The position numbers and the translations under genes were made by a program. A DNA stretch of 64,000 nt from Octopus vulgaris (Eukaryota), in the NCBI GenBank assembly GCA_951406725.2, contig OX597821.1, positions 25,420,001 to 25,484,000 of the forward strand, read 5' to 3'. The notes under the pieces are model-generated. The model was not told the DNA's origin. It made no database searches and saw nothing but the letters and a program-made list of their open reading frames with translations. Positions 13,265 through 27,044 of the stretch are shown piece after piece. Numbering within the stretch: position 1 is the stretch's first letter; each line of letters starts with the position of its first letter.

Positions 13265-13749
13265 TATTGTAGAACATTTTCCAGAATTTTTTTCTATCTA
13301 TTTCTCTGCTACCAAATTCCATTTTTTACAATACACACACAGACAGACACACAAAAATGTAAATTGCCTTAACATCAACTTCAGCCACAGACATTCAATG
13401 AGCCTAGAGGGTGTGTGAAAGCTGTAAGCACAGACTATCTGTTAGATGAACCATTATAAAACTATCAAGAGCTTAAAATACTAGCAAATTTTAAGCCCAC
13501 ACACTAATTGCTATGACCTGAGCTAAACCAGGACTACCTGATCTCAGCATCCTATTTAGGTTTGTTTCTCTCTTTCGGTGAGGTGTTATATTACTTGAAA
13601 TTCGCATGATTAAAAACAGCAAGAAGCCCTATTAAAAACTGCAACGTACACTACTTTTATTTTATCTATTTATCTATTTGTAAGTATTGAAGGTAAACTG
13701 ATGGAAGTCATTTTAAACATTATGAAACAATACTATTATTGGTGCTATG

Positions 13750-14050
13750 TTGGTTATGACGAGGGCTCCAGTTGATCTGATCAACAGAACAGCCTGCTCG
13801 TGAAATTGACATGCATGTGGCTGAGCACTCCACAGACACATGTACCCATAATGTAGTTCTCAGGGAGATCCAACATGACACAGAGTGTGTCAAGGCTGGC
13901 CCTTTGGAATACAGGTACTATTCATTTTTGCCAGCTGAGTAACGTGAAATAAAGTATCTTGCTCAAGGACACAACATATCACAGGGAATTGAATTCGCAA
14001 CCTCAGAATTGTGAGCCGAATACCCTAACCACTAAGCCATGCACCTTCAC
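13750..14050 (-). mobile_element. tRNA-derived SINE sharing its 3' half with 766-1137
   Basis: Shared block GACGAGGG...ACAGCCTGCTCGTGAAATT...GGCTGAGCACTCCACAGACA; tRNA-like head at about 13980-14048. Confidence 0.8.
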
Positions 14051-15834
14051 AAAACAAATATTATTAACCAATCATGATCTCAAGAGACAAAATACTTAAC
14101 TCTTTTGATATCAACCTGCTGGGGACTCTACCTATTTTTAGGATTTAAACTAACTGTTTCAAAGTAATCTAAATTAAAATCCTCCAATGAAGTTTTATGT
14201 TAAATTGCACTCCAAACACCTGCATAAAGTTATTTTAATAAATTCTTTGTTATTTACTAAATTAATCAAAAGAAAGACAGTGTGTCCCAAAAGAAATATG
14301 GAAACAAGAGCGTTACCATATTTACCAGAGAAACAAAATGCACAAAAATGGTATTTCTTCCTACTCACAACATCATAGGATCTAACAGTCTTTTGTGTGC
14401 ATACACACACACACAATATCACGGAACCTAATATTCCTTCCTATTCTACACCATAGAACTTAGCAAACTTCCCCACATCACACCACAGAGCCTAACATAA
14501 AGCACTGTAAACAGTGTAACGACATGTGTAGGTGCTACAGTTGTTAGACATCAATAAATATGATACAGACAGATCATGCACCAGAAACCAGACAAAGTAA
14601 TATATCCGACCCCCACCCCTTCCTGATTAACCTAAAATGTTCTGATAATATAATACACAAACACAGACACACACACACACATCATACAACAAATATGGCT
14701 CCAAACAACGACTATACTAACCAATAATACAATCAACTATATAAATATATATATATATACATATACCAACATTGTGAACATCAACAAGTCTGGTACAGTT
14801 CTAGATAAGATCATATCAATATTGAAAGGAAACAAAAGTATCACTAAAAGAAGAATTTGTCTTTGTGACAAAACACTCAACAAAACATTTATTTAACAAA
14901 CTCGGCTTCCATCGCAGAACTCTTTCAACTATAAGGCTATATTCAATTAGCAGATTCTTTCAACATGGAAAATTGCTTTGATATGCAAACTTAGAGACTA
15001 TTACAGAATAAATTTCATCTCTCTCCCAACTACACTTGTGAAATTATCCCGATTCCACTCTTATCATAACACAAGGGGGTCCCCGCTCTCTCTCGCTTTA
15101 TAAACATAACATGTGTGTGTGAGAGAGGTCAGATCACTGCTGACCAGAGACCTACTGCTAGTAATAAGCTAGTACAGGCCACGCTGTATCTGAAGCCACG
15201 CTGGCAACCTCAAAAGGTGAATGTACTCAAGAAAGTCAGTGGCCATCCAATACTGGATGCAAAGCTATCTTTGTGTGCATGTGCATTTACATGTACAAGT
15301 AAATCAACCTAGGAGAACATGCTCACTTGAAAACTACTGTTTATGGCTGTTCATTATGCTTTTTATAACCTGTTGCTAGTTTTAGCAGCTGCAATTACTG
15401 AGAGAGTGGCACCCATGTTGCACAAGTATTTGTCACTATAAAATCCTGTGTACAAGCACATCTTGTCTTATCGTTTTCTGCTCTGCAAATGAATGGCAAG
15501 ACAAGGGTTCTTCAAAACAAAACATTGACAAAAGATCGTTTTGGTTGCAGTGCTTGGGGGTGTCACATGCATCAGTGGCAATGAAATACTATCATTTCTT
15601 TCCTTGTATGGAGACGGAAGGGCTTAGATAAGCAGCAGAAGTTGCAATTTTTGATTCACCAGTCACTCATTGTGGTTGTATTCTTCATTGAAGAGATGTT
15701 GAAACCTAGAAGTTTTATTCTTTTGAGTCTTCCTCATCGTGGAGACCCATAAGCGGAAGGTAATTTTAGTGCAAAAGCTAGTCACTCAATAACAAGTCAG
15801 CAACCGCTTTCTGGATAGCAAGCCTATTTTGAGT

Positions 15835-16095
15835 AGATATGGTAGATGGAAACTGCAAGAAGCCTATCGCATATGTGTTTGTGTGTGTCTGTCCCTTACC
15901 ACCATCTGAAAACCAGTGTTGATGTGTTTACATCCCTCTTATCTAGCGGTTCGGCAAAAAGAGACCAATAGAATAAGTACTAGGCTTAAAAAAGAAATAA
16001 ATACTGGGGTTGATTTGTTTCACAAAAATTCTTTAAGGTGTTGCCCCAGCAGGGCCGCAGTCTAATGACTGAAACAAATAGAGGGCAAAAGATAA
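15835..16095 (+). mobile_element. SINE 3' portion (family of 48690-49099)
   Basis: GGTAGATGGAAACTG...GCGGTTCGGCAAAAAGAGACC..TAGAATAAGTAC...GGCCGCAGTC. Confidence 0.75.
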
Positions 16096-16814
16096 AGTTA
16101 TTACTGTGTGTCTCCATCATCATTGAACACTCACTTTCCATACTGGGATGGGTTGGACAGTTTGACATGGAGCTGTTCAGACTCCAATTGTATGTTGTGG
16201 AATGTTTTCTATGGCTGAATGCCCTTCCTAATGCCAATCACTTCAGTGTGCTGCTACCAGAGAGGGCATCTGGTTATAAAGCACTGCCTTAAAAAGTCCC
16301 AACCAAATTATGTTAACAAGGAAAGACATGTAAAAATGAAAATGATGTATGTCTATATATCAAGATCATTGTTTAATATCCACTTAAGATGGGATTTGTT
16401 GAGAAGATATTCTACATCCAGACATATTTTCTACAGAAGATTGGAAACGAAGAATCTAACCTGTATGACTTTCTTTGGGCAAAAATGGTGGTTTCGTGTT
16501 TACTTCCCTTACAAACTACATGTCTTGTGATAACTAGTTGGGGAGGGGACTACTTTACTTGAATGACAGGCAAGTGTTGGTGACAGGAAGAGCATTAGAT
16601 CATAAAATACTGCCTCAAAATTCTTTTGAACAACCCCAGATAAGAATGGAAAAGTAAACATAAAATGTGTGTGTGTATGTGTGCACATATATAATACTAA
16701 TTTTTTCCTATGGTTCAATGGCCAAGTAAATATTAGCACTGAGCAGTTTCCATTTATACTCACAAGGCTCAATCTCAATCAAATTAAGGCTGTGGAAGAA
16801 GATATACTCTTTAC

Positions 16815-17010
16815 ACTTTTACTTGTTCCAGTCATTTGACTGCAGCCATGCTGGAGCACCGCCTTTAGTCGAGCAAATTGACCCCAGGACTTATTCTTTG
16901 GAAGCCTACTACTTATTCTATCGGTTTATTTGACAAACCGCTAAGTTACGGGGACATAAACACACCAGCATCAGTTGTTAAGTGATGTTGGGGGTACAAA
17001 CACAGACACA
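16815..17010 (-). mobile_element. SINE 3' portion (family of 48690-49099), inverted
   Basis: Close match to 47930-48125. Confidence 0.8.
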
Positions 17011-17320
17011 TATATATATATATGTTTTGCATAGACTAGATGATTTCCTCCAGCACAGCATCTCAACAGGTCTACACGTGTGTGTATGTGTGCAAGAACA
17101 CACGCACACACTTGTGTGTAAAGTAGAACCCTCCTTTATAAAAAGTATGTTGCAACTCTCAGTTTCATGCTAAATAGAAATAAATAATTAAGCACTTATT
17201 ATTTGACTGACAACTTGCGATATTCAAAATTCTAAATTGTCAGTATCAGCTTACTTATTCACTTTCATAAAATATGGAACTTAGAAGAGTGAGAATATAT
17301 GTTTTGTAACAGATTGATTT

Positions 17321-17569
17321 GTGTCGGTGGCACCTAAAGAGCACCATCCGTCCGTGGCCGTTTGCCAGCTCCGTCTGGCACCTGTGCGGGTGGCACGTAA
17401 AAAGCACCCACTACACTCACGGAGTGGTTGGCGTTAGGAAGGGCATCCAGCCGTAGAAACACTGCCAGATCAGACTAGGCCTCATGCAGCCTTCTGGCTT
17501 CCCAGACCCTAGTTGAACCGTCCAACCCATGCTAGCATGGAAAGCAGACACTAAATGATGATGATGATG
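17321..17569 (+). mobile_element. SINE/RTE-LINE-related 3' tail ending in (GAT)n
   Basis: GAGTGGTTGGCGTTAGGAAGGGCATCCAGCCGTAGAAAC...CCAACCCATGCTAGCATGGAAAG...(TGA)n; inverted copies at 52050-52192, 46370-46565, 53635-53790 and 16110-16240. Confidence 0.8.
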
Positions 17570-19224
17570 TAATATATGCATTGAATACTATTTTTTTGTT
17601 TATGTAATTAAACACATTATGCAGAATAAAAGTTCCCCAAACAGTAACATAACCCAGCTAACAAATGAGATCAGATGAGTTTCTTGATGAACCTCTTGTG
17701 CATCCCTCTCTCTGTCCCTCCGTCTTCTTAATCGTAACCTTCCTTCTTCATTAATTAAACTGCCTTAATTCTATTCTCACTCCCTCTAACTGCCATGGCT
17801 CAGAAATTCCAGGATAGCTATCAACCACCCAAGCAACCCATAGGCAGCTAAACTGGATATGCTCCAAACAACTGAACAGAAGTACCGTTATACTATACCA
17901 TTTTTAGGACAATGCAGAACAGTTATCTTTCCATACTGACATTTTCTAAACCATATAAAACAATATATAACAATATAAAGATAATATTAAAAATTAAAAA
18001 GCAAAATATTAAATAAAAGTTTTCTTTATCATTTAAATGCTGAAGAGACATCTGACCCACCTCGTAAATGTATGTGTGTAATGTGCTTGTGTGCGCATCT
18101 TGTTTCGCAAATAACCTACATTTATGGCATTTTGAATCTTGTCCTACAAGGTTTCCTCCTATTGATCCAAAAGATACTTCTGAATTGCTTTATATGATAT
18201 CCGTATGGCTCTCCATGTTGAAACCACTGCACTCACACTTAGTTCATTATCAAACGGTGCATACACTCAATTCGGTAGTGACACTAACTACAGCTAGACA
18301 ACATGTAATCCCACCCCTGCACTGCAGCCACTTCATACCCCTACACATCATTAATGTCACTATGAGACATACATGAAAACTTTCATGTCATTTACACACC
18401 TTGTATAGAGTGTTGGCTATATACAAGATAGCAGAGACAATTAAATACCCTAACACTGAAATGATATAATGAAAGAGAAGCCTAATGAAGTGAACAACAG
18501 CAGGGCACAAGTTAATAAACAAGAACACTGACCTATCTTTATATGTGGTCATCCACAGACTCATAATAGTTCAGGTTTAGCCAGATGTAGAGAAGGAGTG
18601 TTAAAATGACCAAGTGTCTATAAACCAGCTGCTGCATGGAATGTTGTGTATATCAAGTAAAGTAAGACACAAAGATGAGAGATGAGTGAAGCTGTAATAC
18701 TGCCTGGCTGTCAGCATCAAGACACCCCACATACTGACAGTTTTGAAGAGAATTGTCTGTTAGAATTGAAATAAATCTACTAGAAATTTCTGTAAAGCTG
18801 TTTTCATGTATGGAATAAAATAAATAATGGTAGGGTACTAACTCAGGGTTTGTTATTTAATAAAGAATCATGGAAAAATGGACGTTAAACGATGATGATG
18901 ATGAAGCATTACATTTGACAGAGCCATCTGAATGCTTAAAGAGTTAAATACATCTGGTTCAGTACATATAACACTAAACCTAGCTAGGTGAACATGTGAC
19001 CTAACACAGCAGTAATATATAAGAAGAGTCTGTGTGTGGGGCAACCTCACAGCAAAGAGGCAAGGATATGACAGAAAAAGTAAGGTGATGAGAAATACTA
19101 AGATACACCAAAACAGTGAGTTTAATGGCTCATCAAAAAGGAAATTGCTAGGATTGTCAGAGAGTCTTGATGAAATGTAAAAAAAATCCACCTATTATTT
19201 GACTTGAACCAACATGATAAATAT

Positions 19225-19420
19225 ATCCTTTCTGCTATAGGCACAAAGTCTGAAAATGGGAGAGAGGGCACTAGTTGATTACATCGACTCTAGTGCTTAA
19301 TTGGTGCATTTTTGGATGAGAAGCAACGTTATCTCTGGTGGTATTTGAACTTAGAACCTAAAACCAGAAGAAATGCCACTGAACATTTTGTCTTGTGTGC
19401 TAATAATTCTGCCAGCTTGC
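19225..19420 (-). mobile_element. Degenerate SINE (Meta-domain-like family)
   Basis: TCCTTTCTGCTATAGGCACAA...TTGAACTTAGAA...TCTGCCAGCT, similar to 47701-47915 and 41905-42090. Confidence 0.65.
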
Positions 19421-19444
19421 TACTTAATAAATATATTAAAGGAA

Positions 19445-19777
19445 TATATAGTGTTGCAAGGAGCCATTCTAGCCATTTTGAAATAAGGAGCCAATTGGTG
19501 GTAGCTGGCAATATGACGTAATGGTGTATTGCTGAAGAATTATTATTGTCATTTTTTCCATTGGTTAATATAAGTGCTCACATAAGGATTCTAAAAAGAA
19601 TATTTGTAATGGATTTCGATTCTTTTTAAGTCAAGTTGAGCAGTTATATTAACCAATGGAAAAAATGACAATAATAATTCTTCGGCAATATGCCATTACG
19701 TCATATTGCCAGCTACCACAAATTGGCGCCTTATTTCAAAATGGCTAAAATGGCTACTTGCAACAATAGCTATATAG
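19445..19777. mobile_element. Foldback/palindromic MITE, about 330 bp
   Basis: Arm 19452-19580 is a near-perfect reverse complement of 19638-19765 (e.g. TAGCTGGCAATATGACGTAATGG / CCATTACGTCATATTGCCAGCTA). Confidence 0.85.
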
Positions 19778-20370
19778 TGTCTTTTAAATGTGGTGTGAAG
19801 TTACCTAAGCAGTTTGTTGGGAGAGCTGGCTATTCAATCTTCACACAGGTTGTAAACATCATGACATTTCCTATCTCTTAGTTTTAACATCTTGCTTTCA
19901 AACCAGAGCTCACAATTACAATAGCTTAACAAGAAAAATATATAAGTCTAAATAATCAAACCCATGTGATACATATACATATAAACAGAAAACTATTTAT
20001 TGTTAAATTTACATTAAATAAGTTTCGTATATAGACAGGATTCAATACAAAACCATAGTACTATGAAGAGTGGGAGATGGACAGCCTTTGAACAATATAA
20101 CTCCACCCCTATAATAAAGAAATGGAATTGAGAAAGTAAAAAAATACAACTAATGACCAACCCACAGGCAGATTATTACTAAACTAATGAGAATTAGCGA
20201 AAATCTGGAAGAGAATTCTTAAGGAGATGAAAAAAAAAAATTTTTATGACAAAAGAAATTTTGCAAAAAATGAAATCATATTCATAATATAAATGTAAAA
20301 TTTCTTTTAAAATGTTCAATAATTTATTGGCACTGATCAAACTGTTATTCTAAGAAAATATAACAAATTT

Positions 20371-20417
<47 letters not shown>

Positions 20418-23400
20418 CATATATATATATACATACATATGTTCAAATTGGCTAACAAACTGGAAGAAATTCGCCAATATTAACACTGGCATATTTATTC
20501 ACTGAATTGAAGATAGATTTTGTAACAATGAGGAAAAACTTTTCAAAAGGTTGTGAGTGTGATCAAATTTTTGAGGGGAGAGTAAAAAAAAGTACTTACC
20601 TGAATATTGCATGACTATATTAGCTTGAAATAGAAGAGTCAGGTAAAAAAAATGAAAAAAGGCAAGATAGAAAAATAAAAAGTCTTTCATAGGATTAGTG
20701 AAAGATTCAATGCTGATTCAATTGTAACATAATTTGGAAATATGTATATATATATATATACACTTAAATTATCTAAATGTAAGGGTTAATAACTATTTTA
20801 ACTGACTTAATGATAAAGATAAGAAATAAGTTAACAGGAAGACTGTGATGATGATTATAATAATAATAGAAAAGGAGGAGAGACATAATTTACACAAAGT
20901 TTTAAACACTGTGATATAGATAATCTAACTGGTTCACTGAGCTTTGATTGACAATACCTTAAGTTAGGTTTCCAATTTTTTTTTTTTTTTAAGGGGATGT
21001 TTCCTAAGAAATGTAAAAAAACATTATAAAAGCAAAGAATACAAAATGAAGTTTAAGAATTTGGCAAAAGTAAAATATTTGGGATGCTTTGTCTGTGAAA
21101 ATGTGTTAGCTGCTTTTGCAAAAATTGAACTTTTATGAGTCAATATATATATATGTGTGTTAGCTAAACTGTTTTCTGTAAAATAGATTTTTAGAAATAT
21201 AAATAATAACACAGGAAGAAATAGTTTCCAATTCATAGGCATGACACTTTATTTGCTTTAAATTAATAATTTTTAATTAAACTTTGAAGCCCTAAGTGCC
21301 TTTCGTTTGTAAAGCAAAAAGTATCGTCTAGTAATGTGTTTGATCAACAGCATTGGCTTGGATGAATTCATAAACTTTTTTCATCAATTTCATTAATGCG
21401 TCACTATCAGCAATAAGCAGTGTAGCATTCAAGACAAATTATTTATTATTACTGTTGTTATTGTTGATGTCAAGAATTATTCAATAGATCATAACAGACA
21501 TAAAAATATTCTATCTCCTAACAACTGCAATCAAAAGCTAGCAATTGGACTTGTTTCTCTTGTTCATAAAGCCATGCCTGACATCTAATGCTATTGTTCT
21601 ATTAAGTGGACATCAGTCTACTTTAGCAACTAACAGATTTACTAACCATAACAACCAACTTAATTTATTCCCCTTTGTTTTTAAAATTACAATTCAATCA
21701 CATGGATGATAGGTGTATGTGTGTAGAAGAGAAACTGGAGGCAAATACGAAATCCAAAATAGAAACGAGAGTATTTTGCTGCTGCTCAAATTTTAGAAAG
21801 AAATGACTAAAAAAAAAAATAATTTTAATAATTTTTTTTTTATTTCAATTTCTGTCTAAATTAAGAAAATAATTATTTTTTGTTTTTAAATTTTTTTAAA
21901 TTGGTAGAAATTTGTACAGTGTAAATTCACAAGATATTAACTGTACCTATCCCAGTGTAGAAAACTTAGTATACTCACCTGGTTGGCTCTTTTAAATAGT
22001 GAAAGGTTTAAAATCTATATTAACTTAATAAACTCCTGAAAATTGTACCCTGCCAACAATGGGCCTCTTCAATATTATATATTGCTAATAGAAATGGATC
22101 TACAAAATCTAGTCCTTTCAATATGCACGGAACAACCTTGATGTCAATTTCCTTTATAGAACACATGTTTTATGATCTAAATTCAATCATTTAATCTACA
22201 TACAAATGATGCAAAATTCTATACTACTGCTGTTATTATTATGTAATTAAAAATCATTATTATTATTATTATTATCATTATTAATGTAATTAACTCATAT
22301 AGGAAATGAACTGTCTTCCATATCATGGCATCATGTACACCAATTGTGAAAAGTGTTTAATCTGATGAAGATAGATGGCCAAATAAAAGCAATATAGTGG
22401 TGTAGTAGTGTACAGCATATCAAGTTATTGTTATGTTCAGGATTGAAGTTTACCAAAGTATCCTACTAACCTAAGTAATAGGAAGATGGTTGTAGTGATT
22501 AAGTAGCTTGTAGCAAAAGTTGTGTGCTATACACTCACATTGAGACATTTACCATGAGTACAAGTCCAGTTGCTGTCCAAACATGCTACCTGTTTGAAAA
22601 GTGTCACCTTTGAAGAATTCATGAAAACGGAAGTAAAATATATTAAACTTTTTTCACTTACAATGTATGTGGAATAACGCAGCCTTAAACAGCAAATTTC
22701 AGCTTTTAATATATATATATCTATATATGCATATGTATACACACACACATATATACATACATATGTACACATGCATATGTATATATACATACATATACAT
22801 ATATATTCTTAGTATATACATATATGTTATGTGTGGATGTATGTGTATAATATATATATATATATACACACACACACGCACACAAACATACACACACTGC
22901 CAATGAAATGCATTATCTCACCATAGCCCAACAGAAATCAATGGTATTCACAAAAGGTGGGGATTAATCACCACAATGGCTCAGTTTTGTTATATTTACT
23001 ACCAAAAACTGGGACAGATTATTTCTATGAAACAACAAGCAGATTATTTAAGAATCAATAATTAAATGATAAAAAATATTAATATCTTAATGAGGAAAAT
23101 TGTTAACCATAGAGTGTAATAAATATAATTTAATGTAGTTCTAAAGTTGACATATCAACAGAGATTGTACATATGTGTGTATATACATACACATATGCAC
23201 AGCGTTGCTGACGAAATATTACCAATTTGTTAGTGGTAAAAATGATTAAGTTTAGTTGTTTACACTAGGAAACTATCCAAAACTGATCCAATGTAGTGTA
23301 CCCCAATGAATGGGTGATCTAATTTTAAAAATCTATCTCAGTTTCAAAAGACCATATACTGATGGTAAGAAATTTTGGTAAGAAAACGGCACTAATTATT

Positions 23401-26021
23401 ACAATTTAATCATTTGATGCTGTTAAAAACTGTTAACAATGAACATCTAAATAGGATTTCAAATAGGTATAATGAATGCAGAGTACGTCATCAGCACAGC
23501 ATTGACTAGAAATCGAGATAGATTTCAAATGATCCCCCTTAAAATAAAAACAGAATGCATGAACAATTTTGAATTCCAAAGGTCTCACTGCCGCTTTATT
23601 ACCCTTCATATGTCTACATGAGTCTTATACAATATAGAACATACATTTCAAATTGGAAACTAAAAACTGACGGCATCATCTCTACACAATGTGGACAATA
23701 AGTTATTTGATGAGACCGCTCCAACATGTGAAGATGGATACAAAATGACTACAGATCATATGATACAATATTGCCTTGAATGTTTCGATTGTTCTCAGGA
23801 TTCAGGGACCCACACATTCAAGGGACCCACACAAAAGATGCATTCTCTCTCACTTTCATTATTAATAAGTTTCTTTTTCTCTGAAAACACTGTTGAGACC
23901 CTCAATATATAGTTTGTCATTGAAGTTAGAGAAATAGGAGATTTGCGATGTACAAAGCTTGTTTTAGCAACAGGTCATTTTAAGGGTGAGGGCAGGGAGT
24001 GAAGGGCACAAAAATACAAAGTGGAGTCGGTCTGACAGATCAGTTGGCTTCCAATTAAATGAGTGATGCTGTCTAACGACATGCTGAAACAGTGCTACCT
24101 ATTGGGAGACATCCATGGAAATGAGCAGTGGTGGGGCGAATTAGTGCTATAACAAAGTATGGTGCTTGAAAGTTAAATATACAGTGTTCCAGCCAGGTAA
24201 CGATTTAAATAAACTTCCATTTAGCTTTCTGTAAAAGACAAGAGTCAGAACTAAAGTGTTCTACTCCCAACAATTCTTAGAATATTAGTATTTATAGAGA
24301 AAGTAAAGAGAAGTAGGGAGATATGATGAATTTACAATTTTGCAAAATCTGAACTTAAGACAAAAATTGACTTTTAATTTTTTTTTTTTAACTGCTGGGT
24401 ATGAAAAAAAATATTGATTACCAGGGAGAGGAGCAGGGGACGCTAATTCAAGAAAATCAATAAGCCATACTATAACGGAAAGCAATCAGCAAGCAAGTAG
24501 TGAAACATCTCTACAGAGGTAGACAGTGTATGTGATTCAATCCACAACCTTCCTAACAAAACTTCAAACAATTTACACTTTGACATTAAAATAAAACTAA
24601 ATAAAACCTACTTGCTACAAAAAACAAAATGTCCCAGTTAGATTTTTAAAAAAAATAAATAAATAAAATAATAACAATGTAGACTGTCCACAACTGACAA
24701 AATTAATCAACACATAACGACTGTCCAGATAAAAACATTCTCATTCCAGAAAGAAAAAGTATAAAAAGAGCGACAAATGTCTCTTCAGAAGATGGTTTGT
24801 AGAGGAATGTCTCAGGTGATAACTATCCAATAGTTATGTAGTTCAAGATAAATTTCTCCTGTGAGAGAAAATGGTCAATGGTTCAATATGAATGGGAATT
24901 AATCCATCAACTAAACCATTCTACCATTCATCTAAAGAGATCAAACACAACTATAACCAACAACTAGAATAATAATATGTATGTCACTAGAGATTTCACA
25001 GAAACTTATACAAAAGTCAATCGTCTTTGCTACTTCATCATGCAATAGTAACAAGTTCTAAAGCAACTAAAATGATAACCGAGTCAAGCTGAAACATTAA
25101 GACAACAGCTGTTACAGTCAATGGAAAAGACAGCTAGAATAATATGTTCTTTGAATGGCTACTGAGAAAGGTCACTGTAGTTATGAAATGGCAAAAGAAA
25201 GTTTAGAGAAATATGGAAATATGTTATTAAAATGAGATGTTTGAGAGATTAATTTGAAGCAGATGAAAAGATGATAAAATTGCTGCAGCTTTCAGCGCTA
25301 CAACAAAGCTGGACAGTGCTTACCAAACATGAGAATTACCAAACCAGTCATATGAAACTATTTCTTCAAAACTGATAATGAAATTTCAGTGAAAATCATT
25401 TGCTTCATCAAAGACATGCTGTCAGTCACCCCTGCATTCAATTAGCTACATCCAACAGTTGTAAGACAATTGGAAAAAGTAGAAAAAATTTGCTGTTTTT
25501 TTTTTTTATTTTGTTATTTTTTAAAGTTTTTTTTAATATTTATATTTGTAAATCTAATGAAACTGAGATGTTTTGTGAATCCTTACTGATGAACCATTTC
25601 AAGAAACACCTGTAATAGAGCAAATAGTAGCTGTTTAAGTAGTAGAATGGCAAGGAATTATCTAAAATAAATATTTTGGAATGTCACAACCCATATAGAG
25701 GTAAATAATAATAATAATTGTAATAATAATGATGATAATAATAATGGAAAAAAAAAAAGATAATGGTTTTGAGAAGCAAATCTAATTGAACAGCAAAGGT
25801 AAGTAATAGTTAAAGGGGTCTCCAGATTGTAACTTATATTTCAGTTTTGACCTGTAAATATATATACATATATATACACCACATATATATATACATACAC
25901 AGTTAGTGAACCAGATCTATATCTACAATAACACAACTTCCGCAGTCTCTCACAACTATAAGGATAGCACTGAAGAATTAGTAACCCTGTTTTTATTACA
26001 ATAATATTACATTTCCTAATA

Positions 26022-26137
26022 ACTATTACGTCTGTGTCTGTCCCTTTATATACTGGCCACCACAGTATTGCGTCTGTCTTTTCATATACTGGCCACTACA
26101 GTATGATGTCCAACCTTTTATATAACCTGCCACTACA
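26022..26137. repeat. About 35-bp minisatellite, 3 copies (…TATACTGGCCAC.ACAGTAT…)
   Basis: Direct inspection. Confidence 0.75.
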
Positions 26138-26925
26138 ACAAGCTAGATTAGTTAAATCAAGCCAAATATTTACTGTTTAGAAGACAAAATGTTAGAGACT
26201 TAAAGCCAAACAAGTCCTTAGGAACTAAGATAGTCAGTCTTCCTCTTATAGTCTAAGATATTATTGCATAAAAAGTTTAAACAACTACAATTGATTTTGC
26301 TATAAATTACCCAACAGAATTGGTAAAAAGAGAAATTTTGACTTGGAAAAATATCAAATTAAAATAAGTGGAATATTTTCCTAGAATTAATTTCTTTGGT
26401 TAAACATTTAAGAAAAAATAATTGAGAAAATCTACAAAGGGGGAGCAAAAAAAAAATCTTAAATTTTAATCACAACTCACAATACATAGTTTTAAATTTT
26501 CCTTGGCTAATCTACGAATAAATAAGAAAAAAAAAGTCAGAAATTTGAAAGAGGATAACACTGGCTGAAACACTGTAAAAGTAATTTCAAATTGAACAGA
26601 CATTGATCAGTGCCAAGGAAATATTAACCTGATAACAGCATCGAATGCTCATTTTTGAGGGTTTATGTACATACAGCTTTTGATGGGAGCTGCCTGATGC
26701 CTAGACATGATCTCTGGGGGAAGCCAGCAAGAATAAATAGAAAAAAGAAAAAAAAAAAAAAAGAAATGAAAAATATAATTTTGAAATAATTTTTTTTTTT
26801 TCAAATTGAAAAAATGACAATGCAAAAAATGTCCACCACAGTTAGGGTGGGGAAAAAATGATATAACAACAGAAAAAAAAATTCAATATAAGAGCTCTTA
26901 ACTTGAGAAAATCTCCTTGTTAACA

Positions 26926-27044
26926 TAATGGGCACATAGGACTGGAACCGGAAATTATTGGACATGTAGGGCTGGGTCAGATGTTATTGGGCACACACAA
27001 CTGGAACCAGAAGTTAATGGGCACATACAATTGGAACCAGAAGC
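26926..27044. repeat. About 30-bp minisatellite, 4 copies (TAATGGGCACATACAA.TGGAACCAGAAG)
   Basis: Direct inspection. Confidence 0.8.

Noticed and set aside
20590-21985. Strong minus-strand donor motifs (CAG|GTAAGT near 20600, CAG|GTGAGT near 21979)
   Set aside because: They lie downstream of the SSBP stop and I found no matching acceptor or coding frame; such motifs occur by chance.
22361-25615. Other CTGATGA motifs (about 22362 and 25586) as hammerhead cores
   Set aside because: No pairing stem II followed by GAAA can be drawn.
26926-27044. About 30-bp repeats resembling a CRISPR array
   Set aside because: Head-to-tail with no unique spacers, eukaryotic context and no cas genes.
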